From a bacterium (lineage in GTDB: Bacteria > Sysuimicrobiota > Sysuimicrobiia > Sysuimicrobiales > Kaftiobacteriaceae): DNA of 49,617 bases. The notes beneath the pieces are model-generated. The model was not told the DNA's origin and did no database searches. It was given only the letters and a program-made list of their open reading frames with translations. The stretch covers positions 1 to 49,617 of the forward strand of contig DASSGA010000169.1 of NCBI GenBank assembly GCA_035693805.1, in the 5' to 3' direction. Position numbers and translations under genes: made by a program. Positions 34,268-41,694 of this stretch are shown here, in pieces; the stretch's first letter is position 1, and each line of letters starts with the position of its first letter.

Positions 34268-35517
34268 GTGCGTTCACCTCGAGCGAGTGTGACCAGATGC
34301 GCCAGCGCGTTCTGGCGCCGGAGGGTCCCGGTCAGGCTGTCATAACGTCCCGTCTGCACCAGCCATTCCCGGACGCGTGCAGGCTCCTGCTGCAATCGTC
34401 GCGCCACGTTCTCGACCTCGCGATCGATCTCCTCCTGGGACGGGGCAAGCGACTCCGCGCGCGCCACCTCCTCGACGGCCAGCTGTGCGCGCAGCCGCCG
34501 CTCGGCGGACGGCCGGAACTCCCGGCGCAGCGCGGCCTCGTCCTTCTGCGTCGCCTCGTAGTAGCGCTGGAGGGTGAGGCCCCGCCGTTGCAGCGTGTCG
34601 GCCAGATCGGCGACCATGTGCTCCACCTCGTGCTCGAGCATGCTCTCGGGGAGCTCGATCTCGGTGCGCTCGAGCAGGGCCTCCAGAACCTTCTGCTCAT
34701 GGTCCGCGCGGGCGGTGTCCACGGCCTCGCGCTCGAGACGCGAGCGGAGCGACTCCCGCAGCGCCGCGACCGTCTCCACACCCCCGGCGGTCCGGGCGAA
34801 CTCGTCCGTGACGTCGGGCAGCTCCCGGCGCTTGACGTCGGCGATCTCCAGGGTCACGGTCTGGCCTCCCACGGACGCCTCGCGCCGCGCTCCCGCGGTC
34901 GCCCCTTCCACCGCGGCCTCGACCTCGGCGGGCTGTGTTCCGCCGCCGACCTCGACCAGGTACTCTTTACCCCGGGCGAAACGCTCCACCGGCCCGCTGA
35001 GCTCCGCGACCTTCACCAGCACGAAGTCCCCCCGCCCCGCCGGCGCCCCCGGCGCCGGGACAAGGTGCCCGTGCCGCGCGCGCAGGTCCTCGACCGCTGC
35101 GTCGACGTCGGCGTCCGTGACCACAGGGTCCTCGTAGGGGATGCGGATGGCCCGGTAGTCGCCGAGGCGCACCTCGGGCATGAGATCCACCGTGGCGACG
35201 AACCGCAGCGGCTTGCCTTCTTCGACCTGGTCGACCCGGATGTCCGGGCGGGTGATCGGCGTCACGCCGGCCTGGTCCACGGCGCGCGCGTAGGCGTCGG
35301 GCACGAGCGCCTTGACGGCTTCCTCGAGGACGGCGTCCCGGCCGACGTAGCGCTCCAGCATCGTGCGCGGCGCCTTGCCGCGGCGAAAGCCGGGGATGTC
35401 GACCCGCTGGTTCAGGCGGCGCAGGGCCGCCTCCACCCCCTGCGAAAGCGTCTCGACCGGGATCTCCACCTCGAGCACGGCCCGGCTGCCGGGCTCACGC
35501 TTCACATCAACCTTCAT
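34264..35517 (-). CDS. tig: trigger factor
   Basis: Ribosome-binding signature GFRRGKAP. 417 aa. GAGGTGA SD. Confidence 0.95.
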   Translation of the reverse strand: MKVDVKREPGSRAVLEVEIPVETLSQGVEAALRRLNQRVDIPGFRRGKAPRTMLERYVGRDAVLEEAVKALVPDAYARAVDQAGVTPITRPDIRVDQVEEGKPLRFVATVDLMPEVRLGDYRAIRIPYEDPVVTDADVDAAVEDLRARHGHLVPAPGAPAGRGDFVLVKVAELSGPVERFARGKEYLVEVGGGTQPAEVEAAVEGATAGARREASVGGQTVTLEIADVKRRELPDVTDEFARTAGGVETVAALRESLRSRLEREAVDTARADHEQKVLEALLERTEIELPESMLEHEVEHMVADLADTLQRRGLTLQRYYEATQKDEAALRREFRPSAERRLRAQLAVEEVARAESLAPSQEEIDREVENVARRLQQEPARVREWLVQTGRYDSLTGTLRRQNALAHLVTLARGERT

Positions 35518-35549
35518 CGTTCACCTCGCCTGTTCACTTCGCCGGATGC

Positions 35550-35635
35550 TGGTGCGGGCGGAGGGAGTTGAACCCCCACGGGTTACCCCACGGGATCCTA
35601 AATCCCGCGCGTCTGCCGGGTTCCGCCACGCCCGC
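35550..35635 (-). tRNA. tRNA-Leu (anticodon UAG), CCA encoded
   Basis: Acceptor GCGGGCG/CGCCCGC, anticodon arm CGGGA-UUUAGGA-UCCCG, long variable arm, T-loop TTCAACT. Confidence 0.9.
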
Positions 35636-35682
35636 ACGCTCCCATAATAGTCGTTCAGGCCTACCCGGAGGTAGACCTGGAT

Positions 35683-35758
35683 TGGGGGGCCGTCAGGGAC
35701 TCGAACCCTGAACCAGCGGATTAAGAGTCCGCTGCTCTACCAGTTGAGCTAACGGCCC
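35683..35758 (-). tRNA. tRNA-Lys (anticodon CUU), CCA encoded
   Basis: GGGCCGTTAGCTCAACTGGTAGAGCAGCGGACTCTTAATCCGCTGGTTCAGGGTTCGAGTCCCTGACGGCCCCCCA folds as a cloverleaf. Confidence 0.9.
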
Positions 35759-35771
35759 ACACCCCACCAGC

Positions 35772-35799
35772 ATTATAGCCGCTGGGTCCGGAGTGTCCA
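35772..35799 (-). promoter_or_regulatory. promoter TGGACA-16-TATAAT for the tRNA-Lys/tRNA-Leu (and possibly tig) unit
   Basis: Minus strand reads CTGGACACTCCGGACCCAGCGGCTATAATGC. The -10 ends 13 nt before the tRNA-Lys 5' end. Confidence 0.55.
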
Positions 35800-35806
35800 G
35801 ACCGTC

Positions 35807-35869
35807 TTAGCGCATGCGGAGCACGAGGGCAATAAGCAGCACGAGCAGGACGAGTGTCCAGGGATCCAT
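35807..35869 (-). CDS. 20-codon hydrophobic micro-ORF (MDPWTLVLLVLLIALVLRMR)
   Basis: Strong SD GGAAGGAGGTG 5 nt before the ATG. Lies 24 nt downstream of the pilT stop. Too short for the ORF track. Confidence 0.35.
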   Translation of the reverse strand: MDPWTLVLLVLLIALVLRMR

Positions 35870-35893
35870 CGCGCACCTCCTTCCGCGTCGGGA

Positions 35894-37012
35894 TCAGGCG
35901 GGCACGGGCCGGCCGAGCAACTGCGCAAGCTCGCGTTCGTTTGGGGTGTGGGCTGCCGCATCATCGTAGGTGATGATCCGCTGGTCGACCAGGGCGCGCA
36001 GCGACTGGTTCAGCGTCTGCATCCCGTCGCGGCTCCCGGAGAGGATCAGCGTCGGGATCTGGTGTGTCTTTCCCTCGCGGATGAGGTTGCGGACCGCCCC
36101 GGTGGCGATCATCACCTCGATCGCCGCCACCCGCCCCTTGCCGTCCGCGCGGGGCGCGAGCGTCTGGGACAGCACGCCCTCGAGCACAGCGGCGAGCTGG
36201 GTGCGGATCTGAGCCTGCTGGTGCGAGGGGAAGACGTCGATGATGCGGTCCACCGTGGCCGGCGCGCTCTGCGTGTGCAGGGTGGCGAAGACGAGGTGGC
36301 CGGTCTCGGCGGCGGTGACCGCGGTGGAAATCGTCTCCTGATCGCGCATCTCCCCGATGAGGATGACGTCCGGATCCTGGCGCAGCACGTGCCGCAGTGC
36401 GTCTGCGAAGGACAGGGTGTCCATGCCCACCTCGCGCTGGTTGATCACGCTCTGCTGGTCCCGGTGCAGGTATTCGATCGGATCCTCGATCGTGACGATG
36501 TGCTCGGAGCGCGTCTGGTTGATGTGATGGATCATCGCGGCCAGCGTGGTGGACTTGCCGCTGCCGGTGGGACCTGTGACGAGCACGAGGCCGCGCGGCA
36601 GGGCGCAGAGGCGCTTCACCACCGCCGGCAGGCCCAGCGTGTCGAGATCGGGCACGCCCATCGGGATCGCCCGGATCGCCCCCCCGATACTGCCACGCTG
36701 CTGGTACACGTTCACCCGGAAGCGCGAGACCCGCGGGACGCTGTAGGCGAAGTCCAGCTCCAGGCGCTCGCGGAACGTCGCGCGCTGCTCCTCGGTCATG
36801 ATACTCTCGATCAAGGCCCGGGCCGCGGCCGTGTCCAGCACGGGCAGGTCCTCGAGGCGCGCGAGGCGTCCGTTGATCCGTACGATTGGGTGGTTCCCCA
36901 CCTTGATGTGCAGGTCCGAGGCCCCGCGCTGGTGCGCCAGTGTGAGCAACCGCACCATCTCCAGCTCCAGCGGAAGGGGCTTCGCGCCGTCGGCAGGATT
37001 GTCCATGATCAC
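35894..37012 (-). CDS. pilT: twitching-motility retraction ATPase PilT
   Basis: ASDLHIKVGNHPIVRINGRL, Walker A TGPTGSGKSTT, and AHLVFATLHT-type motif GHLVFATLHTQSA. GTG at 37012 or ATG at 37006. Confidence 0.93.
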   Translation of the reverse strand: MIMDNPADGAKPLPLELEMVRLLTLAHQRGASDLHIKVGNHPIVRINGRLARLEDLPVLDTAAARALIESIMTEEQRATFRERLELDFAYSVPRVSRFRVNVYQQRGSIGGAIRAIPMGVPDLDTLGLPAVVKRLCALPRGLVLVTGPTGSGKSTTLAAMIHHINQTRSEHIVTIEDPIEYLHRDQQSVINQREVGMDTLSFADALRHVLRQDPDVILIGEMRDQETISTAVTAAETGHLVFATLHTQSAPATVDRIIDVFPSHQQAQIRTQLAAVLEGVLSQTLAPRADGKGRVAAIEVMIATGAVRNLIREGKTHQIPTLILSGSRDGMQTLNQSLRALVDQRIITYDDAAAHTPNERELAQLLGRPVPA

Positions 37013-37459
37013 CTAGATTCCTTGCCCGCCGCCGCGCCGCCCCACTCCCACCCGGTCCCGTACGAGGCGGATCACCTCGTCCGTGAATTCGGTGGTCGAG
37101 GCATCCCCACCACGATCCACGGTGCGCACCCCGCGGCTCACGGCGTGGAAGGTCGCCTCGTAGATGGCGCGGGAGGCGCGCTGCGAGGCCGGGTCGTCCA
37201 CGTAGGCGAGCATCGCCGCACCGGCCAGGATCATCGCCATCGGGTTGGCGATGTTCCCGGCCCGCCAGCCGCGGCGCAGTGCCGTGCGGGGCTTCCGCGA
37301 GCACGGTGCGGACGCGCATCGCGTCCGTGCGGGCAGCGATAGGTCGAACGCCACGAACTCGAGCGGCGCGCCCGTCACGCCCGGCTGGAGCACGCGGAGC
37401 GCCTCCGCCAGGAGTTCCTGCCCCGTTTCGTCGCCTTCAAGGATCACGACGGTGGCCAT
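37013..37459 (-). pseudogene. isocitrate/isopropylmalate dehydrogenase family remnant with large internal deletion
   Basis: The N-terminal ~40 aa (MATVVILEGDETGQELLAEALRVL...PLEFVAFD) and C-terminal ~80 aa (AGNIANPMAMILAGAAMLAY...VRTVDRGGDASTTEFTDEVI) of the family are joined in frame. About 200 central residues are missing. Confidence 0.6.
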
Positions 37460-38010
37460 ATCAGTTCCGCCTCCACGCACAGCGTGAGGAGCGCGCGGCC
37501 CTGTCCGAGGCGCCCCGCCCAGCTCGACCGATGCCGCACCGCGACGGTCTCCCGCCGCACGATCCGCAGGCCGGCCGCGGCGTACGACGGGACCAGGTCG
37601 GCTGCCTCACCGTACAGGACCGAGACGTTGACCAGCACGCGCAGTCGGCCGCCCGGCCGCAGCAAGCCCGCGATCCGGGCCAGTGTGGCTGGATCACCGC
37701 CGGTCACCGCCCGCAGCAGGCCTCCCCAAGGATACTGCACGTAAACCTCAGCGGCCATGCCGCGCAGCGATCCGGGGAGCGCTTCCGCCCGCCCACGGAC
37801 GAAGATGAGATTCGGGGCGCCACCCCGCGCGGAGGTGGGGCGGGCCCGCCGCGCGACATGTCGCGCGGCGTCAAGATTGGCGTCGATGCCGATGCAGACC
37901 CACTCCGGCCTCGCCCGCGCCAAGCGGAACAGCCACCGCCCGTCTCCCGTCCCCACGTCGATAACCACGTGCCGGCCGGCGAGTCCGCCGGCATCGCTGC
38001 ATACCTCCAT
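37444..38010 (-). CDS. SAM-dependent methyltransferase resembling the KamB/NpmA 16S rRNA m1A1408 family
   Basis: VIDVGTGDGRWLFRLA, IGIDAN, GGAPNLIFVRGRAEALP, YPWGGLLRAV, RPGGRLRVLVNV and SSWAGRLGQGR are collinear with KamB/NpmA as I recall them. AGGAGGTG SD. Confidence 0.55.
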   Translation of the reverse strand: MEVCSDAGGLAGRHVVIDVGTGDGRWLFRLARARPEWVCIGIDANLDAARHVARRARPTSARGGAPNLIFVRGRAEALPGSLRGMAAEVYVQYPWGGLLRAVTGGDPATLARIAGLLRPGGRLRVLVNVSVLYGEAADLVPSYAAAGLRIVRRETVAVRHRSSWAGRLGQGRALLTLCVEAELIWPPS

Positions 38011-38012
38011 CT

Positions 38013-38056
38013 CCGCACCTCCTGCCGTGGTGGTGTGAACCGGCAGGACGGTGCGG
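38013..38056 (-). promoter_or_regulatory. 15-bp GC-rich hairpin sequestering the methyltransferase SD
   Basis: mRNA reads CCGCACCGUCCUGCCG-GUUCACACCACCA-CGGCAGGAGGUGCGG-AG-AUG. The SD AGGAGGUG is entirely in the 3' arm. One bulged C. Confidence 0.55.
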
Positions 38057-38150
38057 AGGCCCGCGCGGGCAGATGAATGCCCGGGCCGACGTGCCAGGAC
38101 GTGCGCAGGCGAAACAGAGTCGGGACCCCCGCGAGCGGCGGGAGCCGGAG

Positions 38151-38180
38151 GATCTAGCTGGTGATTGTGCTAGCGGTCAA
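38151..38180 (-). promoter_or_regulatory. candidate promoter TTGACC-18-TAGATC for the methyltransferase unit
   Basis: Minus strand reads CGTTGACCGCTAGCACAATCACCAGCTAGATCC. It would give a leader of about 130 nt. Confidence 0.3.
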
Positions 38181-38227
38181 CGTCAACCGGGGTGCATCGC
38201 GCCTCCAGTATAGGAAAAGCCCTCCTG

Positions 38228-38236
38228 TGCTACAAT
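38228..38236 (+). promoter_or_regulatory. extended -10 element TGCTACAAT upstream of tRNA-Arg
   Basis: Ends 11 nt before the mature tRNA 5' end. Confidence 0.45.
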
Positions 38237-38247
38237 GGGGCGGGCGC

Positions 38248-38323
38248 GCGCCCGTAGCTTAACGGACAAAGCCACGGCCTTCGAAGCCGTTGAGTGGGGG
38301 TTCGACTCCCTCCGGGCGCGCCA
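38248..38323 (+). tRNA. tRNA-Arg (anticodon UCG), CCA encoded
   Basis: Acceptor GCGCCCG/CGGGCGC, D arm GCTT-AACGGACA-AAGC, anticodon arm ACGGC-CUUCGAA-GCCGU, T-loop TTCGACT. Confidence 0.9.
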
Positions 38324-38330
38324 GTGAGTA

Positions 38331-40838
38331 TCAGACCTCGCGGACGTTGGACAGGACCGGCTCTCCCAGCACGCGCCGTCGCAGGCGGACCTCGGTGCCC
38401 TCCTGCTCATGGGAGACCGCGACCTCGTCCACCATCCCCTCCATCAGCCGGAACCCGCGCCCACGGTCCGTCCCCCGGGTGGGCCGCCACTGGCCGAAAT
38501 CCCGGACGGTGATCGTCACCTCATCGGCCGCACGGGAGACGTCCAGCTGGAGCTGGCCCCCTGAGGGGCCGTAGGCATGCTCGACTGCGTTGCTGATCGC
38601 TTCGCCGGTCGCCACCAGCAGGGGGAACGCCGCCTCCGGCGCGATCCCCTGCTCGGCGAACCACCTGCGCATCGCCTGGCGAATCACCGCGGCGGAGGAG
38701 GGCTCGGCCGACACGCGCAGGGTCATCCGGTCGCCCTGAGGCACCACGTGCAGAGCGAGCACGGCCACGTCGTCGTGACGCGCGGACGCGGGCAAAACCT
38801 TTTGCAGCAGCTCGTCGAGCAGCACCTCGGGACCTCGGGCATGCGCCCCGAGGGCGACCTCGCGCAGTCGCAGGAGCGCCTCCTCCAGGGGCACGTCGGG
38901 ATGGTCAACCAGGCCGTCGGTGTAGATAAGGAGTGTCGAGCCGGGCCGGAGACGCGCTTGCCCCTCGCTGAACGCCGCGTTCCGGTTCACGCCCAGGGGC
39001 AGCGCATGGCCATCTTCGAGGGACGTCGCCGTCCCGTCCGGAGTGATGATGACCGGGGGCAGGTGCCCGGCCCGGATGTAACGGGCCGTGAGCGTGCTCA
39101 AGTCGAGCAGGACGTACGCGAGGGTGACGAGGTTGGGCGCCCCAAGCCGCTCGCTGAGGAGATTCAGTCGCTCTGCAACCGCCTGCGGGCGGGCATCCTC
39201 CAGGGCATACGCGCGGAGCGCGTTCCGAAGCTGCCCCATGATCGCAGCGGCGGGGACGCCGCGGCCGACGACGTCACCCATGACCAGAGCGAGGTTCCCG
39301 TCGCCGAGCTCGAACACATCGTACCAGTCCCCACCCACTTCCCCCGTCCCCGAGGCCAGGTACCGTACGGCCAGGCTGATGCCGGGGATGTCCGGCATGT
39401 GTGCTGGGAGCAGGCTGCGCTGCAGGGTCGCGGCCGTGCTCCGCTCCCGTTCGTAGAGCAGCGCGTTCTCCAGGGCCACGCCGGCCTGGCGGGCGAGCGA
39501 CTCCACCTGCGTCTGCACGTGGTCGTCGAAGCGGCCGGGCTCGGGGTGCCCCAGCAGGATGGCGCCGAGCGATTGCGCGCTGCGCGAGACGACCGGCACG
39601 GCCAAGTAGGAGACAACCGGCACGTGGCCCTCCGGAAGCCCCCGGAAGAGCGGATGCGTGCGGATGTCGTCGCTCCGGACCGTTCCCTGCGCCCGAAACG
39701 TCGGGGCAAACAGCGGGGTGAGGTGCAGGCGGTCGAGGTGCTGGAATGCCTCGCGGGGATACCCGGACACCTCCCACTGCTGGTACTCGGTGGGGTCCGG
39801 CTCGCCGCGCCCGCGGAAGAAGCCGGCAAAGGCCACCCCGCCCCCGGCGAGACGGGCGGCGGTTTCGGCGATCGCCTGCATCACCTCTTCGATGCGTCCC
39901 GCGCCGTGGATGTCGGTGGCCACCTTGACCAGCGCGGAGAGCGATTCCGCGCGCCGCTCCTGCGCTTCGAACTGCCGCACGTGCTCGATCGCCAGGGCGA
40001 TGCGATCCGCCACGAGTCGCAGCAGTTGGGCGTCGTCGGCCGTGAAGATCCTGCGCTGCAGCGTGCCGACATGCAGCACGCCGACGACTCTCCCCTCTAC
40101 GATCATCGGCACGCCGAGGAGCGAGCGGACGCCCTTCTCCCGAAGGATGGGATTGAGTACGTGGTCCGGCCGGACGTCATCCAGGATCACGGGCCGGGCT
40201 TCGGCGGCGATCCGTCCGGCGAATCCGCCCCCGAAGGGGATGCGCGCCCCGCGCTCCACCTCTTGCTCCAGCCCGACCGCGGCCCGCACCAGCAGCGTGT
40301 CTTCCGTCTCCGTGCCTCGGGCCTCCTCGCGAAGGAGCACCGCGGCAGTATCCGCGGCAAGGATCCGGCGCGCATTCGTCAGCAGATCCGTGAGCAGCCC
40401 ATCCAGCTGCTGCGACGCCAGGGGCGCCTCGCCCACAGCCGTCACAGCACGCAGGCGCTTCGCCATCTCTTCGGCCCGTCCTCGGGCGGCGGTCTGTGCT
40501 TGCCTGGCCGCCCGCAGCCGGCCCGCCATCAGGGCAGTCAGGAACAGCACGGCCGCAAACATGACGACGACCAGCGGGGCCGCGCTGACGCTGGGCAAGG
40601 AGGTGGGCGGAACGACGACGTAGAGCCCGACTGCCAGCGAGAAGGCGACCGCGAGCAGCCCCGACGCCAGGCCGCCGGCGTAGCCGGCGACCGCCGTGGA
40701 GAAGACAAAGATGAAGAGTGGAACGCCCGTGTTGCCGGGGAGCCTCGTCACGACCCCCAACGCGACCAGGGCCGCCGCGAGCGTCACGGCCGCGGCCAGG
40801 CCGAATGGGAGCAGGAACGCGCGAGACCAGACCGGCAC
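38331..40838 (-). CDS. multidomain signalling protein: DUF4118-like membrane module, two GAF, PP2C/SpoIIE phosphatase, RsbW-like HATPase
   Basis: SpoIIE core GGDWYDVF...LVMGDVVGRGVPAAA...TDGLVD. C-terminal anti-sigma-kinase-like EAISNAVEHAY...ITVRDFGQW...GRGFRLM. GTG start. Confidence 0.85.
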   Translation of the reverse strand: MPVWSRAFLLPFGLAAAVTLAAALVALGVVTRLPGNTGVPLFIFVFSTAVAGYAGGLASGLLAVAFSLAVGLYVVVPPTSLPSVSAAPLVVVMFAAVLFLTALMAGRLRAARQAQTAARGRAEEMAKRLRAVTAVGEAPLASQQLDGLLTDLLTNARRILAADTAAVLLREEARGTETEDTLLVRAAVGLEQEVERGARIPFGGGFAGRIAAEARPVILDDVRPDHVLNPILREKGVRSLLGVPMIVEGRVVGVLHVGTLQRRIFTADDAQLLRLVADRIALAIEHVRQFEAQERRAESLSALVKVATDIHGAGRIEEVMQAIAETAARLAGGGVAFAGFFRGRGEPDPTEYQQWEVSGYPREAFQHLDRLHLTPLFAPTFRAQGTVRSDDIRTHPLFRGLPEGHVPVVSYLAVPVVSRSAQSLGAILLGHPEPGRFDDHVQTQVESLARQAGVALENALLYERERSTAATLQRSLLPAHMPDIPGISLAVRYLASGTGEVGGDWYDVFELGDGNLALVMGDVVGRGVPAAAIMGQLRNALRAYALEDARPQAVAERLNLLSERLGAPNLVTLAYVLLDLSTLTARYIRAGHLPPVIITPDGTATSLEDGHALPLGVNRNAAFSEGQARLRPGSTLLIYTDGLVDHPDVPLEEALLRLREVALGAHARGPEVLLDELLQKVLPASARHDDVAVLALHVVPQGDRMTLRVSAEPSSAAVIRQAMRRWFAEQGIAPEAAFPLLVATGEAISNAVEHAYGPSGGQLQLDVSRAADEVTITVRDFGQWRPTRGTDRGRGFRLMEGMVDEVAVSHEQEGTEVRLRRRVLGEPVLSNVREV

Positions 40839-40980
40839 GGAATCGTCCGTCCTCGTTGCGACGTGGGAAAAGCGCCGTGCTCTTCAGCGGGCCAGGCGAT
40901 CGGTCCTGTCCGGCGGACCCGCACAAAGGGTTTTCCCCTGATAGGAGGGTTCACGCGCCCTACCGAAGCACACCGTCGCG

Positions 40981-41550
40981 ATGCAGGCGCTGCGGACGAG
41001 GATCCTGGCCGAAGGACGGAACCTGGGACGAGGGATCCTCAAAGTGGACAGCTTCCTGAACCACCAGGTCGACCCGGGGCTGATCGACGCCTGTGGCCGG
41101 GAGCTCGCCCGGCGGCTGGCTCACACCGAACCCACCAAGGTCCTCACCGCCGAGATCTCGGGGATCGCGCCGGCCGTCGCCGCGGCGTTCCACCTCGGCG
41201 TGCCCGTCGTCTACGCGAGACGCACGCGGCCCGTGACGATGCCGGACGACGTGTTGCTCACGGTCGCGCCCTCGCACACGCGCGGGCTGCCGGTGGAGCT
41301 CATCATCTCGCCTGAGTTCCTGGCGCGGGGGGAGCGTGTCGTCGTCATCGACGACTTCCTGGCCACAGGGCAGACCATCCTCGGGCTGGCGCGGCTCACA
41401 GACACTGCCGGGGCGGTGCTGGTGGGCGTGGGGGCCGTCGTGGAAAAGCGCTTCGAGGGTGGACGAGACGCGCTCGCGCCCCTGGGTGTGCCGGTCGAAT
41501 CGCTGGCGATCGTCACCGACATGAGCAACGGGAAGATCGTCCTAGCGTGA
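40981..41550 (+). CDS. xpt: xanthine phosphoribosyltransferase
   Basis: LKVDSFLNHQVDP and PRPP loop VVVIDDFLATGQT. 189 aa. Confidence 0.9.
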   Translation: MQALRTRILAEGRNLGRGILKVDSFLNHQVDPGLIDACGRELARRLAHTEPTKVLTAEISGIAPAVAAAFHLGVPVVYARRTRPVTMPDDVLLTVAPSHTRGLPVELIISPEFLARGERVVVIDDFLATGQTILGLARLTDTAGAVLVGVGAVVEKRFEGGRDALAPLGVPVESLAIVTDMSNGKIVLA

Positions 41551-41694
41551 GCGCTTCTGACGCCTGACCCGCTTCTTCCCGCCGGCGACCAGCCGTCCGA
41601 GGAGGCGCACCGACCGGCCGCTGACCTGCATCCCGTAGCGCGCCTTGCGCCGCTTCCGCTCGCGCTCTGCCGCGTGATGGTCTGATTCGGTCAT
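41542..41694 (-). CDS. 50-aa highly basic hypothetical protein
   Basis: ATGA overlap with the tlpA stop. Sequence [50 protein letters not shown]. The 3' end overlaps xpt by 9 nt. Confidence 0.35.
   Translation of the reverse strand: MTESDHHAAERERKRRKARYGMQVSGRSVRLLGRLVAGGKKRVRRQKRSR

Noticed and set aside
35773-35964. 63-aa ORF overlapping the pilT 3' end and the tRNA promoter.
   Set aside because: It is out of frame with pilT, has no RBS, and has a Cys/Ser/Pro-rich composition. The 20-codon ORF with a strong SD in another frame is the better candidate here.
38176-38187. Direct repeat GTCAACGTCAAC, reminiscent of the CtsR heptad operator.
   Set aside because: The repeats are contiguous hexamers rather than GGTCAAA heptads spaced by 3 nt. 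They also lie upstream of a tRNA and a methyltransferase, not a clp or chaperone gene.
40839-40980. Possible purine riboswitch upstream of xpt, as in Bacillus.
   Set aside because: The 142-nt region lacks the conserved purine-riboswitch core (the UAUA...GAUAUGG...CCGUAAA...ACUA pattern) and shows no three-way junction that I could fold by eye.
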